A DNA stretch of 64,000 bases, from assembly GCA_964434145.1 (NCBI GenBank), contig CAYSUG010000002.1:1063-65062 (forward strand), read 5' to 3'. Origin of the DNA: an uncultured Christensenella sp. Lineage in GTDB: Bacteria > Bacillota > Clostridia > Christensenellales > UBA1242. This document shows, in pieces, positions 28,301-43,300 of this stretch. Numbering within the stretch: position 1 is the stretch's first letter; every line of letters begins with the position of its first letter. The translations under genes and the position numbers were made by a program. The notes below the pieces were generated by a model that had not been told where the DNA came from, did not search any database, and saw only the letters and a list, made by a program, of their open reading frames with translations.

Positions 28301-31300
28301 ATTTTACCAGAGAAGCTAAGTGAACCATTGATGACAATTGTCTTACCGGCAAAGTCATAACCTACATTAGTCATTCTGGCTATCCATGCCAACTGAGAAG
28401 TTCTCTCTATATAGAAATTATTATTATCAGCATAATATTGTTTTTCTTGCTCTACAATCTCGCCGTCAAATATATCTGTAGTACTAATGCCAGATGTAAC
28501 ACTATCTGTATATGGCAATGTAGCAAAGTCTATCCAATACCCCGCTGAGAACATCAACACTGGATAATCTGCATTACTGCCATCTCTATGCCAGATACTA
28601 CCCCACGCAAAGTTCTTGAAATCTTCTTCTGTATAGAATGTTTCATCTGCTAGATAGTTGTTTTTGCCAGTCGGATATGTTGTTCCGCTTATTGCGCCAA
28701 ACACACTTTGTTCATTAGTATTCAAATCTATTGTGTCTTCGTCGCCGTCACACTCCAAATTATTACTATTCACATATACATACTTAAATACTTGATTATA
28801 ATTAATAGAGCCGGCAGTCGTATATTCTCCTACTAGCGATGTATTGCCGCTAGAAGAATATGATTCTTCAATGATCGCATATCTGCCCTTTGACTCCAAT
28901 TGACCTTGTGATGCATCATAGTTCAGATATCCTATTAGGGCTCCAGCTTTTCCATTTCCATATGTAGTAATATTTACCTCATCCTTACGAGATTCATTAT
29001 CACCATTAGAGTTGTATGCATTGTCTATCAATACAGCCTCATTAGCATAGCCTAAGATTCCACCAGCATAATATCCATATACTTCACCTTGGTTATCTAT
29101 AATAGATAGTTCTGCCAATGCTCCTTCAGCTCTACCCATAATACCGCCAGCGTAGTTCACTGCAGCAGTATTCTTGACACCTGTATAGCTATATACATAT
29201 GCATTGTTTTCTGCCCTAATAATAGATATATTAGAGCCCGTTGAGCCATAGCCGACCATGCCACCAACGTTAGCACCTACTACTTGCAAGGTATTCTGCT
29301 TGCTGTCCGCAGGGTCGCATATCTTCATGATATCGCACTCTACACCTATCTGCTCTATTCGGAATTTTCTTTCAACTCCACCATTTTTAACAATATCGCC
29401 GCTAACGTCATTGATAGTCTGACCTTTGCTATCCTCTATGGCTATCATATTAACACCTGCCGCTGTATTAACAATCTGGTAATAATCATCAGAGTTATCT
29501 GCAGCAGTGCCATTATCGTGCTTCTTCACATAGAATGCTTTCGTTGTAACTGTATTAGCAGCAGTTCCGCCTATCTCGCTCATCTTGTATGCTACGCCAT
29601 CAGAGAAAATAGCATATTGTGATAGATCTGGATTATTATTATAGAACTCATCTGCCTTAAAGCTGACTACATCATAGTCGTTCTTCCTTGTTACTACAAA
29701 GTCGATATTGTATGTAATAGGATCTATTGCATCACCACTAGATACAACTGCACCTATTAGTGATCCGGCAGAGCCACCTACTGGATTACCAGCAGTGATA
29801 GTATTAGTAGCTATAACTAGACCTTTGTTAATAGATACATTGAACATATTGGTATCTGTCGCACCACTAGATGCTGTGACATAACCGAATAGTCCCGCAA
29901 CATCTGAGTTAATAACATTGATATTGGATATAGTATATATTATCTTCATACTACCACTATTCTGATTGTATCCGCCACCATTGAATGTTCCCTTGAACGG
30001 ATGTACTTTAGTTCCTATTGGTGTCCACATTTTGCCAGCTAGATCGATATCATCTCCTATTACTATAGATACTCCATCGAAGTCGTACTGACCAGTATTA
30101 ACCATATACGCTACCCATGCCAGCTCATTTGCAGTCTTGATAGTAATAGTAGTAATCTTGCCTTCTGCTACCAATAATTGTCCAGCTGGGATTATATCCT
30201 CATTAATGCTTGCTAATCCTACAATCTGATTAGCACCACCGGCATCAAGCTCATATTTGTATTCATATTCTGGGTCACCATCACTAACAGTAGGTATGTT
30301 ATACACCCAGACATAATCGCCATACATACTCTTGTTTTGATCATACACATCACTATCTGTATATGGGATATCTCTATTGTATAGAGTTGATGTATCTACA
30401 CCACTATAGTTGTATAGATAATCATATAAGTCTATATCTCTATAATACCACTTGCCTTTACTTACTTTTAGCTCTAACCTTAGCATTGGAGCACCATTAT
30501 TACGCTCTTTAGCATCTTCACCACTTAGACCATCTACTACGAACATAGTCCATACGTTGTCAAAGTCTAGAGTAAATGTATTGTCTGTGCTAACAATGAA
30601 ATTAGATATATCTGTAGCGTATGCAGTAGTAGAACTATACGCTATACTAGAGAACACCTTAGCCTCGCCATTGCTATCTACAAACGCAATGTTTTGCGAC
30701 TCATCGTCAGTTGTAGTACTATTATCTTTTTGTCTTAAATATGTATCATATATACCTTTATCCTCTATGGAGGAAGATTCTGTTATAGTACCGCTACTAT
30801 ATACAATCTTAGACAATGACACATTCTGTATCGTACTAGGCAATGAATCTACACTGATTATACTATTAGATATTAGACCAGTGTTAGTGTACGATATAGT
30901 ACCCGATTCATTCTTGTTGTATACTATATAATTATTGTTTACACCAGTCTCACTAGCAATATATGCGTGTATGACGCCTTCGTTAGTGCCAGCTACAGTG
31001 ATATTATTGCCTTTGTCATATGTCGATACAATGATACCCTCATTTGTCGTAGCTATAGTTATAGGATCTGTAGCAGAATGAACCCCTACAACAATCGAAC
31101 CCTTATCTACGCTATTAAACAGCGTTCCGCTACTACCAATAGTTGCCTTGTTGAAATAGAATATATTTGATTTCGCTTCGATTCCATTTGGTGTAGTACT
31201 AGCTACTATATAGGAAAGCCCTGTAGTATCTGGCTCTGGTGTAGGCTCTGCACCAGATGCTATCGCAGCAGCTGCAGCACTGCTATACACCATAGGTTTT

Positions 31301-34300
31301 TGTCTACTGCCGTCTGCTTGGATTTCGTCTTCCCAAGCAAGTAATGGATAACTATATGCATTGGTTTGTGTCCAGATAAATTCAGTCAGATACAGCGATG
31401 CAAATGTAGGTGTATTACCACTAGCATCCTCTACGCCAAACAACATCTCGTCGCTACCCATAGCCATGCCATAATAGTTACTATAAGGCATCAATTCTGC
31501 ATTGTAGTATGCACCACCAAATGCACTAGTTGTATATCTAGGATAACTCTTTGTCTCAGTCCCGTCCATATATGTACCAAACGTACTTTGACCCAAAATA
31601 CCACCAATAGTATTATTCTCGTCGTATATCTTGATATAGTCATAGTTCGTTATTGCAGGAACATTACTAATGCTATATACTCTGTCTATCACAAACAATG
31701 TCATATCATTAGAATGGTTGTCCAGCTGTCCAATAATGCCGCCAATGAATGATGCGTTAGAATTTACATTATCATTACTATCTATAGTACTTGCATTTTC
31801 TGGGTTGTTATTAGCTAGGTCATAGTCTATGAATACAGCACTATAAGAGTCTGTAATGCCAACCTCAGGAGGTGTCACTGCAGCTGCTGCAACTACGCCA
31901 CTATTAGTAATTTCTCCCACAGATACATAACCAACCAATCCGCCTACATTGTTGCCAACAGTGTTGATTTCATTTTCTTTTTTATCTGTTGTTGCAGCAT
32001 CATCTAGTCTTGTATATATAGCTATTGTCATATTACTAAATGACTCTGTCATAGCAAAGTTATCACCCTTGCCCACGACTCCGCCAAAATATGATTTAGT
32101 AATATTCAAAGTCTCACTTTCGGCCTTGATTGAGCCAGTTGTAGCAATTTGATGCAGATTTACCTCTGTAACCAGTCCAGCAAAACCAGATATATAGCTA
32201 CCTTGTAGCGTGCTACCATTACCACCAGCCAGATTGATATTGGCATCAGCCACAATTGTATTAAGATTTAGTTTTTCACCCTCTACTCCATTAACCTTGC
32301 CGCCAAATCCACCTACATAAATATCACTAGCTGTGCTACCCGCTGCCACATTGACATTGATAGTTGCATTGATGCTGTTGTCTCCACCAATAGTAGTATC
32401 AGCTTCTGTATTAACTTCGTTATCTTCTAATTGTCCTACATAGCCACCTACATACACACCAGAGCTACCATCATTAAGAGTTGTTGTGATCTCTACCTCT
32501 GATGTGCAATTATCTACATTGCCGCCTTTGTTCAAGTATCCGAATACACCGCCGGTGTATAGGTTCTTTGCAGCACCAGTAATATTGGTTGCTATCTTAC
32601 CAGATACGCTAATACCAGATACGCCATATACACCAGTGTCATCCATAGTTGCACCAATTGTTCCAATAGCTCCACCTATGTATGCTATATCTCCACTTTT
32701 AGCTTCTTTGGCCTGATGGAATGTAATATCTGCATTGACAGAGATAATATCTATGATATTCTCTTCCTTAGTCGTTGCATAACCTATTGTACCAGCTGCA
32801 CCACCTATAGCAATATTGCTATTAGAAGAATAATATGTTCCACTTGGTCTTGTCAATACATATTTATTATCACTAACACCTTTGTATTCATATAGTCCGT
32901 TATACACATTAATCGTTGTATTAACAGATGTTGGCTCTGTACCAGGCTCTGCAGCAGCAACATCGTCATTAATCATTCTAATCTCAGACTTGCCGACCAA
33001 ACCACCGACATATATTTTGTGCTCAATTGTATTGCCGTTAACCTCACCAGCAAGGTATACATTAATACCTGGTTGCTTCTCTATAGCGAAAGAGCTGCCG
33101 TTAGCCAGTGTCACTTCGTAATTATAATCACCATCATTATTACTAACCATAACACCGCAATTAGACATAACTACATTCTTGCCATATGCATAGCCAAACA
33201 ATCCACCAACATTTACAGCTTTTTCTCCAGTCTGATCTAGGACTAGCGATGTATTTATTTCTGTATTTTTGATTGTAACATCTTTGATGCTAGTGCCAGT
33301 ATACTCATTCTTGATATATCCACCTACGCCACCTACATATATCTCATCTGTACTCATCTTTGTCACATTGATAGACATATTATCAGTAGCATATTCCACA
33401 CCACCGTTATCTGTATCATTATATACCAGCTGCACATTATTGCCATATCCAAATAGTCCACCTACATATGCAGCATCTGTTACTTGGAATATACCTCTAT
33501 GAGTATCTACGCCACCTTCTTGATATCTTCCCACGACAGACACATCTTGGACAACTACACGCGCATTAGTTTTTTGTCTACCAAACAATATTCCTGCAGC
33601 AGCATTTTCCTTTCTAAGAGTAATATTAACATAATCTACAGCTATTTTGAATCCTCTGAATGCAGCTCCGTCTACATATCCAAATAGTCCAAAAGTAGAA
33701 TCATATGTTCCTTCTGTATTTAATCCATATATGGTATAATTTGCATAATAGTTGCCACCAGATTCATACAACCTATTACTCTTCAATATTCCAGTGAATG
33801 GATTATTTGTTTTGTTATTCAATGGTAACTTAGAATTATTCACTTGTATATCTTGCATTAAGATATATGTTGCATCTGGATATTTCTCTGTATTGTCTAA
33901 TAGGTCTTGGAATTCATACACATATATAACCTTCTTATATGTCATGAATCTACGTGTAGGGAAGACGTACTTTGCCTTGTCCACACGCTCTCCGCCATTG
34001 CCAGCATCGGTGCTACTCATTTCTACACCATACCACACATCGTTACGCCAAGTCTCATATACATTAGGCACTACGTTATTACTCTCAGGCATAGCCTTAT
34101 CACCAGATTGCTTGACAGTGCTATCCTTGTAATATGCAAAATTCATTTTTGCCGTTTCATTAAGGATATATTTTCCTTCAACGAATTCTTTAATAGTCCT
34201 TAGGGATCCATATTTCTGTATACGGCTGAATCTGTATATCTCAGCACCAGCGGTAGCATTAATTCTGACATCTCCAGAATATCCTTGGTATATCTCGTTA

Positions 34301-37300
34301 TTAATATAGCTGACAGTATTGATCACCTCATGAGAGAATGTTGCTATTGTATAAGTCGTAGTAACTACAGACGATTTATACTTTATCTCAAACGCCGTAT
34401 TAGTAATGTTGTAATAATATCTATTTTCCTCAGCAGAACTAGCGTCTGTTGGATACTCATCTATTGTGCCAAATATCTGTCTCAATATCTTTATTATCTC
34501 ATCAGTAGAATATATATCGCTGTCTTGAAGCCTATTTGTGATTGTTCCACTATTGAAGACAATATTGCCACCAATATTCTTATTACTCTCTGTCTTAGTA
34601 GCTAGATAATATGTACCCGCTGCAATATACTTGTTACCTTTTAAGCCAGACAGATAGTTACTCTTAGCATTACCCACCTCAGATATAAATTCTGTCTCAC
34701 TATCCTTGCCACTTAGGTCATTGTACTTATATGCTTGCATCAAGTATATATTTTCCTCAACAACTCTCTCTTCTACCGCCCCAGAGCTAATCCAGCCGTC
34801 CGAATTGCTAACAGCGAATCCTATAAAAGAGCCGATGTATGCTCTAGGAGCCACAGCCCCACCATAATTCGCTCTATTAGCATTCTTGTGTGCTTGCTTC
34901 CATAAGTTCATAGAGTTAAGGCTAGATATATCTAGCGTGTCGCCCATATCACTTGCTACACTCTGTACCTCGCCAGTATTGGCATTAGCCTCATAGAATA
35001 CATCTATATACTGCATCTGGTTATAAATATGATATATCTGATTAGCATTGGCCTGATCTTTGTTATATGCATTCTCTAACATCTTCTCTTTATTGCCAGC
35101 AGCATCATATTCTATATCTACTATCTTGGTCTGAATACCTATAGTTCCACCATACGCTCTGTATGCGAATACACTAGCAGTAGTATATACGTCATCCAAG
35201 CTTGCACCTATAGATATGCCTATTATACCACCAGCATACTTCGAGTTAATATTAGCCACATCTACCCTGTTGTATGCATTATTAATTACAGCACCATGAG
35301 ACAATCCCACCAGTCCGCCTATGTAGTGTGCGTTTCCACCATAATAGTCTGTTACCTCACTAACACTAGTCGTACCACCAGTAAAATAGTTGTAGTAGTT
35401 GTTTGCTGTAGTGCTAGCCTTCGATACATTGCTGTATAGAACACTGTCTAACGCTGATTGGTTAGCGTGCTGAACATATGACTTATCTATAGTTCCTAAC
35501 ATATGTCCGACCATTCCTCCAGCTATCGCCACACTATCCAACTGCATTCCACTAGTCACTATAACATCGCTATTAGTTATAGTAACATTGCAACCAGCAA
35601 AGCCAAATAGTCCTCCTACAACCTCGCCAGTAATAACATTAGCACCTACGAATTTCGCTCCAGTCACTGCAGCTACTGGCTCTAAATCGTCATCGCCTAT
35701 ATCGCCTCCTACAGCATCTACATTGATAATACCAGCGATACTACCAGCATAGGCTATCTTGCTATAATTATCACTGCCAGGAATGTATAGATTGAATTGA
35801 TGTGCAGTACTAGGATTTTCCTCGCTGTCACTACTTATATTATCCTTGGTTAATAAAGTAAATTTCTCACCAACTATTCCGTACACCTCTGTACCTATAG
35901 TCGTGTTCACCCTCGATGCATTAGAATTGGTTGCATCAAATAGGTTCGTTCCTATGCCACTGACAGAATGTAGATAGTTGGCAGTAACATTAATATTGCT
36001 AGTCACGTTGGCAATAATTGTGTCTCCGCCTATAAATCCAGCCAATCCTCCTACCACATTAGCACCAGAGATTACAGAAGAATTGCTAGCTCTATTAATA
36101 GTTACATTGTATATTCTTGCATAATCAATACTTCCAGCCAGTCCGCCAACCCTTTGTATTGCATTAGCTCTGATATACTCTATATTTAGGGTCAAATTCC
36201 TAATTGTTGCATAGTATATTTCGCCATCCTCATCATGTTTACCTAATGATTGAAATAGTCCAATACTTTCTATAGCGTTGCCAGAATTATCTGTTGCTGC
36301 AGATAATTTAATATTGGACATACTCATACCATTGCCGTCCATGTCGCCATAGAATGTAACATCATATGTCTTGACAGCTTTATCTAATTCTCCAAATGTT
36401 ATATCTCTAGTCAATCTTATGGACTTGTCTAACTGTGTCAAATTAGTATAATTTTCCTTATCAGTCAACTGCTTGCCATAGATATTGAAGTCATCTTCAC
36501 TGTCTACTAGATATGGGTTCAATACGCTGTTACCATATATAATATCTACTCCTCCTCCATTGTATAGAATATTGGAATAACTATATGCCGACTCTGCATC
36601 ATCAGCTACTTGGTTGACAATGTTAATCTGTTCTATCATTAGAGATGTCATTGTTCCAATCTGGCTACTCATAGCTGCCCAGTCTGCTGTATTCTTTAGA
36701 TAACTATTAACTTTTGATTTGATAGCGTCTTGAATAGCACCAACCTCTGTCGCTGCTGCAATAGTAGCATATTCATCTTCGGAGAATGTTGGCTTGAATT
36801 CAGCATTCTTGAAGTCTGCACCAGCATCCCTTAGCTTCTGCAACTTGCCATACAATACATTCTCATGCCCATTGATACTCTCTTTGTTAGCAAAGTTATC
36901 ATACGCCGTACTCAAATATACATATGCATATATCGTTTTTATCTGATTGGTTGTATAATTGTCAGTTATGTTCGTTCCAGCACTCTGAATGAAGTCATTA
37001 CTGTATGTAACTATATCACCTGCCATTGCTATAGCCATTTCGTCACGCAACGTTTCTAATATATCGTCAATACTATCATCCTTTGCCAATGGGTCGATGA
37101 AGTTGCCATATCTTAAGCTCATAGTTCTAAGATTAGCCGCGACCAATTGTGGAGTGCCTACATTGTATACACCTTCCTTGAAATACTTCGCAACAGTCTG
37201 TCCCTCTGTGCTAGTTGTGTCAGTATATTGCGTAGTTGGAATCCACCATATAGCGCCAGTCACCTTCTCACTATTCATTGACTTGTCTTCATTGAATGTG

Positions 37301-40300
37301 AATGTGTTGAATGTAGCATAGTCGCCAAAATCATACACTCCCTTCGCCAGTCCGTCTACGATAGTAGTAGCGTAGCTGTCTGTATAACTGGTCTTGATGT
37401 ATCTATATATGGTATTTCCATCCGAGTCTACACCACTAGGACTCTTGGTGTACATATCTTTCTCTGTCTGAGTCGTTAGAGCATCATAGCCATGCTGATC
37501 CAAGATAATGTTATTACTAGATATGATAGTAGAATTAGTCTCTTCTAGAGTAATATAGTCCTCCATGCTGACACTCAAGTAATAGATATTGCTCAGTGTT
37601 CCCGCATTGACTGATACACCATTGATATTCCTTGCTGCAAATGGAGAGTGCTGTATATCCCCAGCAATAACTGAAGACAATGAGTATGTCGAATCTATTA
37701 CACCGCTAGTTTGATTATAATACACGAATCCAGATGTCGATGCACCTACTACTACTATGTTAGAATAACTGTTGTTAATATTTCCATTGTTATTGTACAC
37801 GAATCCAGCAGATTGCTTGTTAGAATATATAGCATTACCGTAATTCCTTAGCTTGAATATGGCATTAGGCTTGTCAGCATATCCATAGTAATATCCAATG
37901 TAGTTGACTAGCTCTTCATCACCAATTCCGTTATTCTCTTGGATAGACTGGATAGTTACTGCAGTAGCAGTATCAGCCACTACATAATCAATTAACTCTC
38001 TCTCATAGTTGGTATTAGCACCCTCTACGTAAGAGAATGCAATTGTGCCAGTATTATTAACTACGAATCCAGCAGTTCCACTCAATGCAGCTTCATTACC
38101 CTTGTAATTAATAACATTGCCATTCTTGAAATATGACGAGCTAATCTTGCCAGAATTGTCGCATACAAATCCACCCACATAGAATGGTGCATTGATAGTA
38201 ATCCCCTCTACTGCACTATTGGTGATATGTCCGTTGTTTACTGCAACTAGACCACCCACCTTGATCTCTGTCGCACTAGTGTTGTTTAATGTAGACTGCA
38301 CACGAATCTGAGTTAGTGTTCTATCGTCGTAATTAGGATAGTCTGTGATATATTGTTCTACTCTGTAGTAATAATATTTCTGCAATCTGATAGCAAAGTC
38401 TTCCCTACTCAACTCGTCTTCTGCAAGCAATCTACTGTCTCTCTCGTATCTATAAGTGTCTGCGTTATTAATAACTATAGCATTGGTAATAATTCCGTTA
38501 TTCACACCAGCTACTACACCAAAATTAAATTCGGTAGCATTTTGGATATCAACTGTTATATCAGAATTAACACTACTTTCTACAGTATCTACATCCATAT
38601 TCTGAGTAGTCTGCAGCGGGTTAGCCGGCAATTCTATAATAATATTTTTCAGTATTGTCTCAGCATCGACTGTGCCAAATAGTCCAGCCGTAGTCGTCGC
38701 CGAGTCTAGGGCAGCAAAGCTATTGATTCTGATAACATAGCCATTGCCGTCTAGGCTAGTAATGGCAGTATTGATAGGCGTCCAATTCTCTACCTCTATG
38801 TCTTCCATTAAGATATATGACACACCCTCAACCATGTCTTCTAACTGGTCTGCTGTGTATATAGGAGTAGGATTTTCCTCATTAGACAGCCTCTGCATAT
38901 TGAACGAGAACTCTGTAGAATATGTATATCTAAATGCGGAACTATCACCCATATAATTACCGTTGTCATCCTGCTCAGCTGCGACAGAATACACATTGAC
39001 ACCACTGACAGACTTGCCGCCTGCAGACTCTCCGTGAACATCTGTAGCAGAATATTCTATAACCGCTTGCGCCAGAATTGTGTCGGATGTATCCAGAATG
39101 TTATTTCTGAACTTCAGCACGCCAAAATTCTTAGTTATATAATTAGCTCCAGACTCTGGCATATATGTCACACTATATACAGAATCTGTTATTACAAAGC
39201 TATAGTACGACTTCACAGATAGGTTAGAATATTGCCCGTTGGACTCTCTTACAAACCATGTCTTAGTCGAATGAGTAGCAGTCTCTCCAGTCTCACCCAA
39301 TCCCGCAGAAGTAATTCTGGCAGATAACAACTCTATTTGAGATTGTATGAACTCTATGTCATTGGCAGTAACATTGTTCCTATAATAATTCTTTCCGTCA
39401 TAATATGTAGCGTTTACATTAACCTTCAATTCATATGCCTGATTGAACATTCCATTGAATGTACCATTGGCAACACCCACAACCCCAATACTGTCTACGA
39501 CATACAGCGCTAGCTGCATCTTAATAACACTAGTAGCCCTATATACTTTGTTATTAATCATCTTCTTTACAGTAATAGATAGAGTTACTGTGCTGCCCAC
39601 CAAATCTTCGTCATACACTATAGGCAGACTCAATCTATGCATACCAGATGACGATGTCTTAAGCAAAACTTTACTAATCAACTGATCCATAATACCAGTG
39701 TTAGTAAATTTATCGCTACCATTTAAATACACCAATCTATTCAATACCGCATGGGTAGCACTATTAGTGTTACCAAGCTGCACCTCTATACTATCCCACA
39801 CATCATTAGTCTCTATATCAATAGCAACATCCGTTCCTATAGCAATAGGTGAATTACTGCTGCCATTAATAGATAGCGATACAGTAGGAGGAATGATAGG
39901 ATATAACACGAAACTATCTGTCCTCTCATCTAATAGCACGCCATCACTGTAGTATTTAATAGTAATTAGGTACGTAGATGTCTCATTTACTAAAGTGCCT
40001 ATATATGTCTTGACATAATATATTCCAGCAAAATCATATGTCTTGTCTCCTGCAGACTCATATACATTGGTAACATTATCAAGAGTTATTTTGCCGGGTT
40101 CTTTTACAGCACCAGAATAACTAGAATAGAATGCCCTAGATACATATTTATCCGCCAGTCCCTCGTCACTATTCAGTATCGTCTCTTCCACCAACTGTTC
40201 AAACTCTACATATACACCATTGACAGACGAGCTAGTAATCTCTACCTTGTCTACATTAGAATATCCAGGGAATATACCTACTTGTAACATTCCACTATAA

Positions 40301-43300
40301 CCTACTACAATCGTGTTACTTGGTAGATCTTGATTTACTTCATATCCTTGAGTAGGAGTACCGCCTATAACATCGTATGTCTTCATCGTAACGCTGTTAA
40401 AATGCCTTACCTCTGTAGACTCTAATACCTGAGGAATCATAGTATAGTTCATCTCTAGATATCCGATGCTCTCTACGGCTACCTCTTTGTCCTCTATCAT
40501 GTTGGACAAGAATGTTATCGTATAATTTTCTTCACTAACACAATCATACCTGTCATCCAATAACACTTCTATCTGGAAGTTATATGTCACATATCCTTCG
40601 TTAGACCTATCAATAGAAATTAACCTTAATTGATATTTGTCGAACACTGCATAGAAATTGTCTATATCCTTAGACACCTCGTATAGATATATATCATTGA
40701 ATAACACATTCCTAGAACCTTTTAGATAGAATGCAAAGCCGCTGCCTCCTAATTTGCTATCAATCTTTGTTAACCTATTACCACATCCCAAAACCTCCAT
40801 TTGCTTGTTGCCACTGGAGATATAGAAATATAGACTACTATCTTCATCATCTGTAGTTAGGGTTACACTGAATATACTTGCTTCTTTTGGAGTACCCTCT
40901 GCAGTTGTATCCAGAGATGTCAATCCGCTAGTCCCCTTGACAATGTCCAGCTCTATGCTATCACCCAAGCCTTTTTTGAAATCTGCAGCGTCCACCTTCT
41001 TGAATTTTCCTTCGGCTACACGGCTATAGAATTTCTGCAATACAACTTTGTCAGTCATAGCACCGCTAGACGTAGAGTATATATATGGCACCGCGAATAA
41101 CTTAATTCCTTCCACCTCTAATAATGCGGAGATATAGCAGGAGTCTGCATTGTCAATATCTACATATACTAGATACTCATTACTTCCGTCTGAATTCTTC
41201 ATATATTGATATGCTAATTCATTGATATTGAAATATTTCGAGTAATTGGTAGCTATATAGTCAGTTACGTCACCAGTCACAACATGATATATTCCACCAG
41301 CCGCATTCAGCATAAATATCCTCATACCAACCTTGGCACTAGCATTCTCTATCAGCTGTATATTAGGATATAGTTTTGTTAGAATCGAGTTAGTATTAGC
41401 GTCATTGAAGACTGAATTGATGCTATAAGAAAGCTTAATAGAGGCATTCTTGACAATCGTCATCTTCTCACTACTACCTTGCGCCAATGATTTGATATCA
41501 AAATCACTAACTACTCTATTTATTTGGATATATAGATTTACTACTAATTCTTTGTTATATATATTGGTCAGCGTTATGTGCGCCAATCCGTCACTAATAG
41601 CCTCTAATTGTAAGCCATTAACACCTTGGGACAATATAACATATCCCATACTGCCAGTATCCAAGGTTGCCATCATACTACTCTCTGCTATGAACTTTGG
41701 CAACATATTGATTGTTACCAATTCATCCATAGTATGAGTGTTTAGAGACTTGAACGTCTCCTTTGCGACATCAGAGAAAATCTCCTCTGTATAGCTAATC
41801 ACTCCATCACCATCTAGGTCGTTGCTGCTTAGTTCATACATAGATACAGCAATGTAATAATCTGTCGTACCTATCTCTACATCATAGATATTATCACCCA
41901 TTCCAGGCTTGGTCAGCTCAACGCCAGATGGCGGAATATCTATAGTTAGACGAATAGGATTATTACTATTAAACCCTCTCTCATCTACAACAAAAATGCA
42001 AGATTCTGAAGTATTACCATCCTTGTATTGATAGTATGCATATACCTCTGTTGTATATTGTTTTATATTATTAAAACCTTTATCATCCATATCCGCAACA
42101 TCTATTGTATAGATACCAGAAATAGGAACTTTAGAGTAACTATGTGTATCACCACATACATTGTAATACACACTAGATGTATTATCGCTATTAGCCAACA
42201 TTGTATTGTCTATCACAACACCGCTTGGCACATTAATATTCAACTTAGCAAAGCCATATTCTCCAGTATTAGAATTCTGTTCATATTTACCAACCATTAC
42301 ACCAATATTACCGCTAGATCCACTTGTATTACTCTCATAATACACAATATCACCATAATATTCGCCTGTATTATCTACAAATGTTAGCTCACCATTCATC
42401 TCAGCATTGATGTAAGAATATGCAGAGTTATACTGTCCCGCACCATGATTTACTCCAATAACACCGCCTAGGTTGTACTGACCAATGATAGCACTATTCA
42501 TGAAAGAATACGCCTCGCCTTGGTCTAAGAACTGAACCTTGTTATATGCTACCTCTCCATTAGTATCATTATATCCAGCAATACCACCTATCGATTGCTC
42601 ACCCACCAGTGTAGGTAGAGACTTTGTGTTTTCAATTGTGCCATAGTTTACACCAACAACACCACCAATGTTTGTATTGCCGAATATAATCGCCTTAGCC
42701 ACGACATCAGACATGGTCACACCATCGCCTAATATTCCAACAACGCCACCAATATTCTGACCATAGAAATTGCCAACTTTGTTATATTGCTCTGGGTTGA
42801 TCACAGCAACAACATCTGCATTAGCATACTTGGTCGTAACACTATTGTCTCTATCACTATACACTATCTTACTGGTAGCACCTTGTTCTTCTTCTACACC
42901 ACCAAACAATCCACCGATTGCTGATATTCCAGTCGTGTTGCCATGTATAACCACATACACTCTAGAATCGGTATTAATAACACCACCAGATACATTGACA
43001 TTCTTCAGCGTCTTAACATATCCAGCGACGCCACCTATGTACATATCTACAGAATTGGTCGCATCGACCTTGATTCCATAAGACGCTGCCTTTGTCGCAC
43101 TGTCACTATATCTTCCAGCTATCTGAACCAACTTAGAACTATCTATCTGGGATACATTGTTGCCATCATTCACTACAATTCCACTAATCTGACAACTATC
43201 TGCCATTCCCACCAAGGCACCTACGTATATGCCATTTCCTATACTGTTGCTATTGACATCTACATCTATATTAACATTATTTATTGCAATGTCACTGAAT